A DNA stretch of 64,000 bases, from NCBI GenBank assembly GCA_026391595.1, contig JAPLDY010000175.1:11604-75603 (forward strand). The letters run 5' to 3'. Positions 15,568 to 25,814 of this stretch are shown here, one piece after another. Origin of the DNA: Bacteroidia bacterium. Lineage in GTDB: Bacteria > Bacteroidota > Bacteroidia > Bacteroidales > VadinHA17. The translations under genes and the position numbers were made by a program. How positions within the stretch are numbered: position 1 is the stretch's first letter; each line of letters opens with the position of its first letter. Under the pieces are notes generated by a model, which saw nothing but the letters and a program-made list of their open reading frames with translations, was not told the DNA's origin and did no database searches.

Positions 15568-16824
15568 ATGAAAAAGAATAAAATATTAAAGATCCTCATT
15601 GGCGCAGTACTCCTTCTTTTGATATTTGCAGTAATCGGCAAGAAAGCAGGCTGGTTTGGCAAAGCAATCACAGTAAAGGTTGCCGTGGAGAATGCCGAGA
15701 AAAGACGTATCACAGAGACTATTACTGCCAACGGAAAGATCCAGCCTGAGAAAGAGGTAAAGATCACGCCTGACGTTTCTGGTGAGATAGTTGAGCTTAC
15801 AGTTAAAGAGGGCGATCATGTTGAGAAGGGCCAGCTCCTCCTGAGGATCAAACCCGATATTTATATATCACAGAAAGATCGTACGCTTGCAGCCTTAAGC
15901 TCAGCCCGCGCGCGCCTTGCCCAGACTGAAGCACAATTCACCCAGGCTAATCTGTCATTTAAAAGAACAAGTCAGCTCTTCAGCGAACAGACCATTTCAA
16001 AATCGGAATATGAACAGGCAGAAGCTTCATATAACGTGGCTAAGTCCGAAGTCGATGCGGCAAAATTTTCAGTTGTCAGTTCAGAAGCATCCCTCAAGGA
16101 AGCAAATGAAAACCTTGTAAAAACATCGATCTATTCACCCATGACAGGCACCGTTTCCATGCTGCTGGTCGAGCTGGGCGAAAGAGTAGCAGGGACCAAC
16201 CTTATGGCCGGAACAGACATTCTTCGCATTGCTGATCTGTCGCGGATGGAGGCTCAGGTACAGGTAAATGAGAATGATATCGTAAGAGTAAAGCTCAATG
16301 ATACGGCATTTATAGAGGTTGATGCCTACCTTGATGATAAATTCAAAGGTATTGTCACTGAAATAGCCAATTCCGCTAAAACGACCGGTGTATCAGCTGA
16401 CCAGGTTACTAATTTCGATGTGAAGATCTTAGTCCTTCCATCCTCATATGATAAGTTTACAAAGAAGGGGATTAATCCTTTCAGACCGGGAATGTCAACC
16501 ACGGTTGAAATTCAGACTGAAACGAGAGACGGAATAATAACTGTACCGATACAGGCCGTTACCACGCGCACGGATACCACAAAAACAATCGTCACAGCAG
16601 CTGATGAGGAAATACGCACACTTGTCTTTGTCACTGACGGAACTTATGCTCTTGCCAAAGATGTTAAAACAGGCATTCAGGATAACAGTTACATTGAGAT
16701 CATGTCGGGAGTCGAAGACAGCGCCAGGGTTATCTCTTCGCCTTTCAGCGCTATAAGCAAGAAACTGTCAGACAGCACACTGATAGAGATCGTAAAAAAA
16801 GAAGATCTTTACAAAGAGAAGTAA
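15568..16824 (+). CDS. Efflux periplasmic adaptor (HlyD/MacA-type membrane fusion protein)
   Basis: N-terminal TM segment, 'V.P.VSGEIVEL.VKEGD.V.KGQLL' lipoyl motif, coiled-coil hairpin, then 'I.SPM.GTV'. Confidence 0.85.
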   Translation: MKKNKILKILIGAVLLLLIFAVIGKKAGWFGKAITVKVAVENAEKRRITETITANGKIQPEKEVKITPDVSGEIVELTVKEGDHVEKGQLLLRIKPDIYISQKDRTLAALSSARARLAQTEAQFTQANLSFKRTSQLFSEQTISKSEYEQAEASYNVAKSEVDAAKFSVVSSEASLKEANENLVKTSIYSPMTGTVSMLLVELGERVAGTNLMAGTDILRIADLSRMEAQVQVNENDIVRVKLNDTAFIEVDAYLDDKFKGIVTEIANSAKTTGVSADQVTNFDVKILVLPSSYDKFTKKGINPFRPGMSTTVEIQTETRDGIITVPIQAVTTRTDTTKTIVTAADEEIRTLVFVTDGTYALAKDVKTGIQDNSYIEIMSGVEDSARVISSPFSAISKKLSDSTLIEIVKKEDLYKEK

Positions 16825-16847
16825 AGCCGGGAATCTCCTGACAACCA

Positions 16848-17552
16848 ATGATATTATGCCTTGAAACTGCCACTTCAATCTGTTCCGTTGCGCTTTGCAA
16901 CAGGAGCGGGATCGTGGCTTTGAAGGAGAGCGGAGAAGACCGGTCGCATGCTTCACTACTTACCGTATTCATTGATAATATCCTCAAAAAAACAGGCATA
17001 AAAGCAGATGAGCTTGAAGCAGTTGCCGTCAGCAAGGGGCCGGGCTCATATACTGGTCTCCGTATAGGTGTCTCGACAGCCAAAGGTATCGCCTATGCTT
17101 CATCCGTACCGCTCATTGGTATTGATACAACTCTTTCCATGTTCCTTGGTTTTTCGGAGATAGCACAGGACAAATATGGGATTTCACAAACCGATCTTTT
17201 CTGCCCGGCCCTTGATGCCCGCAGGATGGAAATATACTATTCCGTTTATGATGCAAAGGGCAATACTGTCATAAGCATAAGGGCAGAGATCATTGAGGGG
17301 AACTCAATGAGCGATCTTCCGGGATCTGCCAGGCTCTTCATTTTTGGCGATGGCGCAGCCAAATGCAGGGAAGTAATTAAACGCGATAATATTGTTTTTG
17401 AAGAGAGTTTCAGGATATCGGCAGCATTTATGAAAAAGGCTGCATATGAAGCTCTTGACCTCAAACGTTTTGAAGATATTGCATATTTTGAACCTTTCTA
17501 TCTCAAGGATTTTCTGACCTCTAAACCGGTTAAGAATATCCTTGGAAAATAA
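16848..17552 (+). CDS. tsaB: tRNA t6A37 biosynthesis protein TsaB
   Basis: 'ILCLETATSICSVAL', 'GPGSYTGLRIG.S.AKG'. Confidence 0.85.
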   Translation: MILCLETATSICSVALCNRSGIVALKESGEDRSHASLLTVFIDNILKKTGIKADELEAVAVSKGPGSYTGLRIGVSTAKGIAYASSVPLIGIDTTLSMFLGFSEIAQDKYGISQTDLFCPALDARRMEIYYSVYDAKGNTVISIRAEIIEGNSMSDLPGSARLFIFGDGAAKCREVIKRDNIVFEESFRISAAFMKKAAYEALDLKRFEDIAYFEPFYLKDFLTSKPVKNILGK

Positions 17553-17588
17553 TTGGTCCGTAAATTGCCTTTGGTTATATAAATTTCA

Positions 17589-18368
17589 ATGAGAAAACTG
17601 ATTCTTTTAGCCGGTCTCCTTTCCCTGTTGCTCTTGCCGGCAGCAGGACAGACACTCTCATACCGGCCCGGAGAAAAAGTCAATTACGTTGTTCATTATG
17701 GTGCTATAAACGGTGGCGAAGCCATTCTTGAGATCGTCAGCGATACCTCCTTCGGGAAAGAATTATGGCACGCCAAAATGGATGCAAAAACAACCGGCAT
17801 GGCCGATGTTCTCTTTCGTGTCAGGGATATTTACGAGGCTTACATAAATCCGGAGACAGAACTGCCTGTGAGATCGATCAGGAATATCGCCGAGGGCAGA
17901 TACAAGCGATATAATGTAGTTCTTTTCGATCATGCTTCCCGTCAGGATTCTGCTATCTTGACCAGCGACCTCACTGGTGTTCACATTACCCAGCAGGGAA
18001 TCCACGACATCCTCTCATGCTTTTACTGGTTCCGCAATCATATCCTTCCCGACATGGGAAATGTAAAAAAGGGTGACATGATCGGTATCATGACCTGGTT
18101 TACCGATGAACTCTATCCCATTAGGATGAAATACATTGGTATTGAAGATGTTAAAACCAGGGCGGGAAAGATAAGATGTTATAAGTTCAATCCTGTTACT
18201 GAAACCGGAAGGCTTTTCAAGACAGAAGAAGATGTTTCATTCTGGTTTTCGGCAGATAAAAATTTTTTACCGGTTAAGATTCGTTTTGATATCTTTGTGG
18301 GGGCATTTATGGTAGAAGTAGTAAGCTATGAGGGACTCCTCTACCCGCTTGAAATAAAAAAGAAATAA
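17589..18368 (+). CDS. DUF3108-like secreted protein
   Basis: Signal peptide ending 'AAGQ'. 'Y.V.YG.INGGEA' is typical of DUF3108. Confidence 0.6.
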   Translation: MRKLILLAGLLSLLLLPAAGQTLSYRPGEKVNYVVHYGAINGGEAILEIVSDTSFGKELWHAKMDAKTTGMADVLFRVRDIYEAYINPETELPVRSIRNIAEGRYKRYNVVLFDHASRQDSAILTSDLTGVHITQQGIHDILSCFYWFRNHILPDMGNVKKGDMIGIMTWFTDELYPIRMKYIGIEDVKTRAGKIRCYKFNPVTETGRLFKTEEDVSFWFSADKNFLPVKIRFDIFVGAFMVEVVSYEGLLYPLEIKKK

Positions 18369-18397
18369 TTAATTTTATAAGAATCGACTAAACATTT

Positions 18398-18964
18398 ATG
18401 GCAAGTACTTCAGATTTCAGGAATGGGATGGTCATTGAATTCAACAATGACCTGTATGTGATAGTTCAGTTTCAGCATGTGAAGCCCGGTAAAGGCCCGG
18501 CATTTGTAAGGACAAAGCTGAAAAACATCAAGACAGGAAGGGTGATCGACAACACATTTAACTCCGGTGTCAAGGTCAACGTGGCAAGAGTAGAGAGAAG
18601 GCCCTACCAATATTTATATAAGGATGATATGGGATACTATTTCATGCACCTGGAGACATTCGATCAGATCCATGTTGAGGAACACATAATCGATTATCCC
18701 GAGTTTCTGATCGAGAATCAAAATGTAGAAGTTGTCGTTCATGCCGATACCGAAACCGTCCTTTCGGTCGAGCTTCCACAGTTTGTTGTAATGCAAGTCG
18801 TTTATTCGGAGCCCGGGCTCAGAGGAGACACGGCCACCAACACCCTGAAACAGGCAAAGCTGGAAAACGGAACAAAGGTTAATGTACCGCTGTTTGTAAA
18901 TACAGGCGATAAAATCAGAATAGATGTCGCCTCAAAATCCTATATTGAACGGGTAAAAGGATAA
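18398..18964 (+). CDS. efp: Elongation factor P
   Basis: '[38 protein letters not shown]'. Confidence 0.95.
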   Translation: MASTSDFRNGMVIEFNNDLYVIVQFQHVKPGKGPAFVRTKLKNIKTGRVIDNTFNSGVKVNVARVERRPYQYLYKDDMGYYFMHLETFDQIHVEEHIIDYPEFLIENQNVEVVVHADTETVLSVELPQFVVMQVVYSEPGLRGDTATNTLKQAKLENGTKVNVPLFVNTGDKIRIDVASKSYIERVKG

Positions 18965-18972
18965 TTTCAGAA

Positions 18973-20196
18973 ATGGAAGATAAGAAGGTTTCAAACGACA
19001 GAGTAAAGATTCTCAAGTTCAAGCTTGAATCGCTGCTTGATATTACCCTGTCGATCAATGCAAATCTTCCAACCGATGTTCTGCTGTCGAAATATGAATC
19101 AATACTCAGGGAAAAACTGGGGATAGGCAAGATCCTGATATTCAAGCGTTCGGCTACCTGGGAGTGTCTGCTGAACGGCGGCTTCCCAAAGCAGATGGAA
19201 AAGATCGATATCGAATCAAGACTGCTTGGCTTTGATGATATTACCTACATTTCAGCAGACATGGACTTTGAAGGTGTCGATATAATAGTCCCGGTCTTTA
19301 ACAATAGCGTCCATCTGGCATTTCTTTTCATAGGCGATATTGAAGAGGAAGGCGAGGGTATGAGTCCCGTACTGAAGCATCTTAACTTCATCCAGACTAT
19401 TTCGAGCATCATAATTGTTGCTATCGAGAATATAAGACTCCACAAGGAGAGTCTGCGCCAGGAAGCGATGAAGAAGGAGCTTGAGCTGGCAGCAAAGATG
19501 CAGCAGATGCTTATCCCGGACAACACCCATATGCCCAAAAATCCTGATATTATTGTTAACGGATTTTATTTCCCCCATTATGAGGTCGGCGGTGATTATT
19601 ATGACTGCGTAAAACTGTCTGAAACCAGAACAGGATTTTGCATTGCTGATGTTTCAGGAAAGGGTATCTCCGCAGCCATTCTGATGTCGAACTTCCAGGC
19701 AAGCCTGAGAGCTCTGCTTACCTCTGATATTGATCTTGAAAGGTTAGTGCATAAACTTAATTCAGTTGTCGTTTCAAATGCTGCCGGTGAAAAGTTTATT
19801 ACTTTTTTCATTGCCCGATATGACAATAAGACTAAAGTTCTTGAATATATCAATGCTGCACATAATCCTCCGGTACTTTATAATGATAAATCAGGAGATG
19901 TAGTACATATTCCGGCGTCATGTGTCGGTATCGGGATGCTTGATGAGATCCCTGTTGTTAAGAAAACTGAAGTCTACATAAAAGGATACACAAAGATCGT
20001 TTGCTATACTGATGGCCTTTCAGAGCTTAAGGGAGATGACGGACTTGATATCGGGACAAAAGAGATAATAAAGCACATCTCAAATCACGAACCTGTTAAA
20101 GACAATATTCAGGAAATGATAAAGCATCTTGGGATCCCTGATACAAATCCTTATCTTTTTGATGATGTTTCTATAATCGTTGCCGACCTCCGGTGA
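18973..20196 (+). CDS. PP2C/SpoIIE-family serine phosphatase with N-terminal GAF-like sensor region
   Basis: 'GGDYYD', 'ADVSGKGISAA' and 'TDG..E' are SpoIIE motifs. It starts 8 nt after efp. Confidence 0.8.
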   Translation: MEDKKVSNDRVKILKFKLESLLDITLSINANLPTDVLLSKYESILREKLGIGKILIFKRSATWECLLNGGFPKQMEKIDIESRLLGFDDITYISADMDFEGVDIIVPVFNNSVHLAFLFIGDIEEEGEGMSPVLKHLNFIQTISSIIIVAIENIRLHKESLRQEAMKKELELAAKMQQMLIPDNTHMPKNPDIIVNGFYFPHYEVGGDYYDCVKLSETRTGFCIADVSGKGISAAILMSNFQASLRALLTSDIDLERLVHKLNSVVVSNAAGEKFITFFIARYDNKTKVLEYINAAHNPPVLYNDKSGDVVHIPASCVGIGMLDEIPVVKKTEVYIKGYTKIVCYTDGLSELKGDDGLDIGTKEIIKHISNHEPVKDNIQEMIKHLGIPDTNPYLFDDVSIIVADLR

Positions 20197-20200
20197 TTGG

Positions 20201-21493
20201 TCAGACCGTGCGTATCAGGAAATAATTCTTCTTCCCCTTTTGAACAAGCAGATACTTTTTATTAAGCAGGCTATCAAGTTTAATCACCAGTTCAGGATCT
20301 TCAATCTTTATCTTATTCAGGCTCACACCACCACCCTGGACAAGCCGTCTCAGTTCTCCCTTTGAATTGAAGACCTGTGAATGTTCTGCGCAGAGGGATG
20401 AAAATGATACTCCGTCAGCAAGAATTTCCTTCTTTATATCGAACATAGGTACTCCTTCGAAAACTGAAAAGAAGGTGCTTTCATTCATCTTCCTGAGCGA
20501 TTCTGTAGTACCCTTGCCGAACAGTATCTGTGATGCTTCAATTGCAGATTCAAGATCCTCGCGTGAATGAGCCATAACTGTAACTTCCTCTGCAAGACGC
20601 TTCTGCAGCATCCTTTCGTGAGGAACCTTATTATGTTGTGCTACCAGGGTTTCAATCTCTTCCTTGGTTAACAGTGTAAATATCCTGATATATCTGGCAG
20701 CATCGTTGTCGGAAACATTAAGCCAGAACTGGTAAAAATGGTATGGCGATGTCTTTTCCGGATCAAGCCATACATTGCCCGATTCCGTCTTCCCGAATTT
20801 TGAACCGTCGGCTTTGGTGATCAGTGGACAGGTGAGCGCGAAGGCCTCTCCTCCTGTCTTGCGTCTTATTAGTTCCGTGCCGGTGACAATGTTCCCCCAC
20901 TGGTCCGATCCACCCATCTGAAATCTGCATCCCATCTTTTCATAAAGATGGAGAAAATCGGTGCCCTGCACCAATTGGTAAGAGAATTCGGTGTACGACA
21001 TGCCCTCCTTTGCATCAGAGCCCAGTCTCTTTTTTACCGAATCCTTGGCCATCATATAATTTACCGTGATATGTTTTCCTATGTCGCGGATAAAGCCGAG
21101 ATATGAGTATTCCTTCATCCAGTCGTAGTTATTGACCATAATAGCCCTGTTCTTCCTGTCCGACTGAAAATCAAGGAATTTTGAAAGTTGTTTTTTTATC
21201 CCCTCCTGGTTGAAGCGCAGTGTTTTTTCATCGAGCAGGTTTCTCTCCTCCGATTTGCCGGAAGGATCGCCAATCATTCCTGTTGCGCCGCCTATAAGTG
21301 CAACTGGTATATGACCTGAGCGCTGAAAATGCACCAGCAGCATCACCTGCACCATATGGCCTATATGAAGAGAGTCGGACGTAGGATCAAAACCTATATA
21401 TCCGGTGGTGATCTCTTTGTTCAGCAATTCCTCTGTCCCCGGCATGATATCGTGAATCATGCCTCTCCACTTCAGTTCTTCAACAAAATTCAT
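20201..21493 (-). CDS. tyrS: Tyrosine--tRNA ligase
   Basis: HIGH motif 'SLHIGH', 'KFGKT' (KMSKS-type), C-terminal S4 domain. Start set at '[11 protein letters not shown]'. The longer track ORF (to 21625) would overlap cvpA. Confidence 0.9.
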   Translation of the reverse strand: MNFVEELKWRGMIHDIMPGTEELLNKEITTGYIGFDPTSDSLHIGHMVQVMLLVHFQRSGHIPVALIGGATGMIGDPSGKSEERNLLDEKTLRFNQEGIKKQLSKFLDFQSDRKNRAIMVNNYDWMKEYSYLGFIRDIGKHITVNYMMAKDSVKKRLGSDAKEGMSYTEFSYQLVQGTDFLHLYEKMGCRFQMGGSDQWGNIVTGTELIRRKTGGEAFALTCPLITKADGSKFGKTESGNVWLDPEKTSPYHFYQFWLNVSDNDAARYIRIFTLLTKEEIETLVAQHNKVPHERMLQKRLAEEVTVMAHSREDLESAIEASQILFGKGTTESLRKMNESTFFSVFEGVPMFDIKKEILADGVSFSSLCAEHSQVFNSKGELRRLVQGGGVSLNKIKIEDPELVIKLDSLLNKKYLLVQKGKKNYFLIRTV

Positions 21494-21533
21494 TTTTACT
21501 TTTTTGAGAATTGCAAATATAGTATAAAGAGGA

Positions 21534-22091
21534 TTAAATTGCCACCTCTGTGGTGTCGGGCTGGTGCTCCGGAATTGTTTGTTTTTTAAATCTATCGAAA
21601 CTCTGCTTGAGGTTGCCTTCGCCAATAACCGGGAAGATTGCAGGAACTATGTCGGAGATCGGTTTATAAAATTTTGACCCTTCTATCGCCTTCGGGAGGA
21701 ATGGTCTGCGTGCTTCAATAGCATTGAGAACTGTGAAGATGACGCTCATGATCAGGATATTTTTAACAGCACCGAAAGCCATTCCGAGCAGTCTGTTCAG
21801 GAATCCTATAGATATTGCATCAACCACCTTATCTGCCATAATGCCAATGAAATGAATGATGACAACTATCGCACAGAATGTTATTATGAAGGCGATTATC
21901 CCGACATACTTGCCCGACATGTCGAACCATTCATATAATTTGTCTGCTGTGAAATCCGAAAATTTTATTGCCCCCCATATTCCGAGGATCAGTCCGACGA
22001 GTGAAGCTACCTCTTTTACAAGGCCGTTTGTAAATCCGGATATTATTGAAAGGATTATAGCTATAACGATAATAAAGTCGATCCAGTTCAT
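21534..22091 (-). CDS. cvpA: CvpA-family membrane protein
   Basis: '[15 protein letters not shown]...G...G..KE' opening and four TM segments. Confidence 0.75.
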   Translation of the reverse strand: MNWIDFIIVIAIILSIISGFTNGLVKEVASLVGLILGIWGAIKFSDFTADKLYEWFDMSGKYVGIIAFIITFCAIVVIIHFIGIMADKVVDAISIGFLNRLLGMAFGAVKNILIMSVIFTVLNAIEARRPFLPKAIEGSKFYKPISDIVPAIFPVIGEGNLKQSFDRFKKQTIPEHQPDTTEVAI

Positions 22092-22151
22092 TACATAATA
22101 TTTAAGGTTGTGAAATTATGAAAGATCGGGGATTATTCAAAATATGAGAAA

Positions 22152-22215
22152 GGGGGGCGAACCACCTTCGCCAAGGCTTCGGTGGTCAACGGGTGTAAGG
22201 ACCACAGAACCTGGC
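22152..22215. repeat. GC-rich palindromic intergenic element
   Basis: accacc-ttcgccaaggcttc-ggtggt (22161-22186) embedded in a G/C-rich patch. Confidence 0.5.
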
Positions 22216-22304
22216 CAAACAGGAACATTTTTATTGCCTTTTTGATAAATTAAATCTATCACATATAAGGAAAGCGGGATTTATTAAATTTGATTTAGGA
22301 ATTA

Positions 22305-22892
22305 TTGTTATTGTTAACGCCAGAAATGAATACAAAACCGGATTCCACAGCTTTCTTAATGATGTTGTTTTTCCTGATGCTTCCGCTGATTGCAACCGCC
22401 CAGACCGACAGAAAGGCTACGGAGCTGAAGAACCTTGAGAAAGGTATAACTGTTGCACGGGCACGGGTTCAGCTTAATCAGAAGCAAATTGCAGATGCTG
22501 ATTCACTGATTAAACTCGGTTTTCAGATTATCAGGGAAGGAAAAGCGGAAACCGGGATTATATATTCAGAGAGTAACAAGATCGAAAAAAATTATTCTTC
22601 AAAACATAAACCCCTTGTGAAACTCTCAACGTCGAAGGATAAAGCAGAAGCTGCCAAAGCCCGGGCAGATCTCAAGGCGCTTGATGCTCAATACAGGGCT
22701 GATAACATAACTCTTGAGACCAGGTTGAGGAGTGCGGAAAGGAAGCAGAGTGCCGGGGCTTCTCAAATTATTAGAGGCAAGACGGCAAAGTTGAATGCCC
22801 GTGATGCTCTAAAAACTTCCACAGCTGCCCTTAAAGCTGCCCAGGATAAATTTGATGCAGCGGCTCCTGCTGAAACCAGGAAAACAAAATAA
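22305..22892 (+). CDS. Secreted coiled-coil protein, unknown function
   Basis: Signal peptide 'FFLMLPLIATAQ'. The remainder is K/A/E-rich and helical. The true start may be the ATG at 22326. Confidence 0.5.
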   Translation: MLLLTPEMNTKPDSTAFLMMLFFLMLPLIATAQTDRKATELKNLEKGITVARARVQLNQKQIADADSLIKLGFQIIREGKAETGIIYSESNKIEKNYSSKHKPLVKLSTSKDKAEAAKARADLKALDAQYRADNITLETRLRSAERKQSAGASQIIRGKTAKLNARDALKTSTAALKAAQDKFDAAAPAETRKTK

Positions 22893-22936
22893 GGGAGATA
22901 GCAAACATATCTAAGGAACTAAAGTGTGAGGGTGAG

Positions 22937-22978
22937 AAAACAGAATGAGAGTGCTCACTCCCACTCTCACTCTGTTTT
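22937..22978. terminator. Bidirectional rho-independent terminator
   Basis: A4-cagaatgagagtg-loop-cactctcactctg-T4: a 13-bp stem with one mismatch, between the converging gene 22305-22892 and tRNA-Arg. Confidence 0.75.
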
Positions 22979-22979
22979 G

Positions 22980-23051
22980 TAGTCCCACCAGGAATCGAAC
23001 CTGGATTTAAGGTTTAGGAAACCTCCGTTCTATCCATTGAACTATAGGACC
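22980..23051 (-). tRNA. tRNA-Arg (anticodon CCU)
   Basis: Folded by hand at 72 nt: D stem GTTC/GAAC, anticodon stem-loop GAGGT-TTCCTAA-ACCTT, T arm CCAGG-TTCGATT-CCTGG. The acceptor stem has a G1-U wobble. Confidence 0.85.
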
Positions 23052-23486
23052 AATTGAGGGGCAAAAATAAGGGTTTTTTCTGGCAATCCAAATTAATGGG
23101 AGATAGTGTTGTCTTAAGAAATGAGGGGGTGAGAGGGAGAGTGCAAGAGAGTAGAGTCAAATGCAGTGACGCCCCTTCCCTCGACATCGGAAGGAGCGAC
23201 TGCCTCTTCCCCATCGCTTTAATTATATCATTTATCGGCCCCGGATCTGTCGCCAGAATCATAAAATTTTTCTTCACCTTGAAACAGTAAAAATGACTGT
23301 TGCCGAACAAAAGAATAATTAAAACATATCACTTATATAGCAATTACCGTTCTTAGAAATCCGATCCAGAGGTTTTTATAATATGATATAATATAAATAG
23401 GTATCCCGAAGTGTCCATTCATCCAAAACCCCATATTTTTGGATGGATGGATCTTTCAAATATACGGTTTGAATCAGAGAGTCTAC

Positions 23487-24143
23487 TCAAAATACATAGC
23501 TAATACTAAATATAAAAGAAGCATTACTTTTTTTTAAAGTAAAAGTTTGATAACCTATTTTCTCAATACCTTCATAATCTTTGCCTAAATATCCTCTGTA
23601 TCTTGCTTCCAGATTAACTTTCTCAAGTAAGTCAACCCCAAATCCTATTTGATATTCCCAGGCAATCTTACCATATAGTTTGTCAAAATTCACATCATTA
23701 ACAAGTGCTTTCGGCGAAACAATTTTTATGGAAGCTGAAGGACCTAAACAGAAACGTATCTTATCAAATTGCGCCCCCAATAATAATGGTATATCCAATT
23801 TGTTAAAGCTTTGCTTTACTACCCTGGAAGTATAATTATTTATAACAGTGTACTTAATAGTGTTATATTCAAATGCTGCTTCTGGTTGAAAATATAATAC
23901 TTCTGAGTTTATGCGCAAAAATACACCTGAACGAATTCCAAAGTTCCATTTATTGTAAGGCTCAATACCAACTGATCCAAATGGGATATCATAAATGGGT
24001 GCTAATGTTGCAATCCCTCCAATCTTTATTCCGAATTTAATCTGGGAAAATACAGGCGAAAAAAATAATATCGTAAATAATAATAAGGTTACTGATTTCT
24101 TCAAAATTAATTTTAAGTTAGACTTAATCAAATAGATAATCAA
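23487..24143 (-). CDS. Outer-membrane beta-barrel (porin-family) protein
   Basis: Signal peptide ending 'VFSQ', alternating amphipathic strands, and a C-terminal '..ISYVF' aromatic terminus. Confidence 0.65.
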   Translation of the reverse strand: MIIYLIKSNLKLILKKSVTLLLFTILFFSPVFSQIKFGIKIGGIATLAPIYDIPFGSVGIEPYNKWNFGIRSGVFLRINSEVLYFQPEAAFEYNTIKYTVINNYTSRVVKQSFNKLDIPLLLGAQFDKIRFCLGPSASIKIVSPKALVNDVNFDKLYGKIAWEYQIGFGVDLLEKVNLEARYRGYLGKDYEGIEKIGYQTFTLKKSNASFIFSISYVF

Positions 24144-24281
24144 TTTTGTAATTTAGAATATAATAAAAAATCCAAGGTACTCACAAAATTGCTGTTTGCC
24201 AAATCTGTTTATATCACTGATTTGGAAGCATCCTGATTTTTAAAATAGTAAAGATCTGGTCGTGGGCCTAATCCTCGTTTA

Positions 24282-24313
24282 TTTGACCTGTATTCAATTC
24301 TTTCCTAACTTTA
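24282..24313 (+). promoter_or_regulatory. Bacteroidota-type promoter (TTTG 24282-24285, TAACTTTA 24306-24313)
   Basis: TTTG-N20-TAnnTTTn. It would give a ~275-nt leader before the 24595 start. Confidence 0.5.
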
Positions 24314-24464
24314 CTAAAATGAATCCCTGATATTGCAAGCCTCATTTCAGGATTCGAATAAGACATTTTCATCAGCTAACGCCAGAATCTCAAAATCTTT
24401 CTTCGTCTCTATGCAGTAAAAAAGGTTGTTACAAGTCAAAAGAATAAATCAAATGGTATGAACC

Positions 24465-24554
24465 CCAGAGCAAGCTCTGGATTCAAAAAACGGTGCAAGC
24501 ACCGAGGAATTATACCTGCCCTTCGCGTCCGCCAAAGCTCTACGCGAAGGCGGA
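24465..24554. repeat. Three consecutive GC-rich hairpins
   Basis: ccagag-CAAG-ctctgg (24465-24480), cggtg-CAAG-caccg (24491-24504), cttcgcg..cgcgaag (24521-24549). Confidence 0.6.
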
Positions 24555-24594
24555 TTAAATTTAAAACCATTATTAATTTTTAAATCATCCAATC

Positions 24595-24789
24595 ATGAAA
24601 GAACAGATTCAAAAAAATGCGCCGGCTGCATCAGGGGCAGTTTATGGCCTGGGACTTATCGGAGCGGCAATTTATTTTATTTCTACTGCAACAAGTCTTT
24701 GGGTAGGTGTACTAGGGTTTCTGAAGGCAATTATCTGGCCGGTTTTTATCGTTTTTCAAGCATTCAAACATCTTGCACCGCCAGTTTAA
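24595..24789 (+). CDS. Small two-TM membrane protein
   Basis: 64 aa. 'GAVYGLGLIGAAIYFI' and 'VGVLGFLKAIIWPVFIVF' are hydrophobic helices. Confidence 0.55.
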   Translation: MKEQIQKNAPAASGAVYGLGLIGAAIYFISTATSLWVGVLGFLKAIIWPVFIVFQAFKHLAPPV

Positions 24790-24796
24790 TGCAAAA

Positions 24797-24829
24797 GCAA
24801 TAGGGACATACCATGACGTGTCCTATTGC
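24797..24829 (+). terminator. Hairpin after the small membrane protein gene
   Basis: gcaatagggaca-loop-tgtcctattgc (11 bp plus a bulge). The U-tract is poor. Confidence 0.45.
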
Positions 24830-25042
24830 TCTCATGAGAATGAAATTATTATATTTAATTTTTGGTCACTCCGTTTAGATACTAATAATTCAATTATCCT
24901 TTGTTTATAATCATTTTAATACTGTTTGTCAAAATCTCATATTTTATATCATAACTGTTTGATTATAACTGACTTTTTACTACTTTTACTGGGTTATGGA
25001 AGAACCTAGAGATCCTAAGTGATCGTAATTCTGATTTGAGTT

Positions 25043-25804
25043 ATGAAACGAGTAATCTTCTTCCTCTTTCTTTTAACTCTTTTTTCATCATTGTCAGCCC
25101 AGGAGCATTTCCAAATCTCGAAGCCTGAGGTAACATTTGCTAATAATATAATTACCATCAAATATGATATTACCGGCTGTGGAATTAATGAGTATATTAA
25201 TGTAAGATTAATAGCATTAAACTCGAAAGGAGACACCTTACGCCCAGTTTACATTTCTGGAGATATTGGAAAAAGAGTGAATTGCGGATTCGGCAAGAAG
25301 ATCGAATGGAATATAGTGAGGGACAGCATTAAAATCGACGATGATATCGAGGTATTCATTCAGGGAAAGGAGATTGTTATCCCCTTGTCAACTATTGATA
25401 ATTTTACTCAAAATCATGCATCCCGCGGTAAGGTAATTGGCTTATCTGCGATAGTCCCGGGACTTGGACAAAAAGTGGCATCAGGCAAATCCGGTTATCT
25501 GGCTCTTTCCGGACTTGTATACGGTGCAGCGGGGGCTTCAGCATACTATTATATTAAGCATAATAACTATTATAATGATTATCTGGCATTAACAGGTACT
25601 GCAGCTGATGAAGCATATATAAAATCGGAGAACAGCTTTAAGATGTCTCAGTATTTCCTATATGGAGCGGCAGGAGCATGGGCTGTAAATTTAGTCTGGT
25701 CAGCAGTGATTCCCATTAAGGAAAAACCTTTTAAAAACACGAGCCTTAATATTGTACCGACTCCCAGGAGGGAACTATTACTTTCTGCAAGTTGGACCTT
25801 TTAA
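25043..25804 (+). CDS. Membrane protein: signal peptide, Ig-like N-domain, DUF5683-like two-TM C-domain
   Basis: 'SLSAQ' signal end. 'AIVPGLGQK' followed by two G/A-rich helices resembles the DUF5683 'PGLGQ' motif. Confidence 0.55.
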   Translation: MKRVIFFLFLLTLFSSLSAQEHFQISKPEVTFANNIITIKYDITGCGINEYINVRLIALNSKGDTLRPVYISGDIGKRVNCGFGKKIEWNIVRDSIKIDDDIEVFIQGKEIVIPLSTIDNFTQNHASRGKVIGLSAIVPGLGQKVASGKSGYLALSGLVYGAAGASAYYYIKHNNYYNDYLALTGTAADEAYIKSENSFKMSQYFLYGAAGAWAVNLVWSAVIPIKEKPFKNTSLNIVPTPRRELLLSASWTF

Positions 25805-25814
25805 TAGATCAAAT

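Noticed and set aside
20201-21625. Long N-terminal extensions of tyrS (to 21625), the caspase gene (from 25752), paralog 4 (from 39828), the PQQ-like gene (to 44438) and the PP2C gene (to 54342).
   Set aside because: The extensions overlap upstream genes or repeat elements. Internal ATGs give canonical N-termini or signal peptides ('[11 protein letters not shown]', 'MKRVLISS', 'MKTKLSLL', 'MKQRSILK', 'MINRIGFFW').
25043-25804. Bacterial gasdermin next to a caspase-like protease.
   Set aside because: The 253-aa protein has a cleavable signal peptide ('SLSAQ') and two C-terminal TM helices with a 'PGLGQ' motif. It is not a cytosolic gasdermin architecture. The protease is also predicted to be exported.
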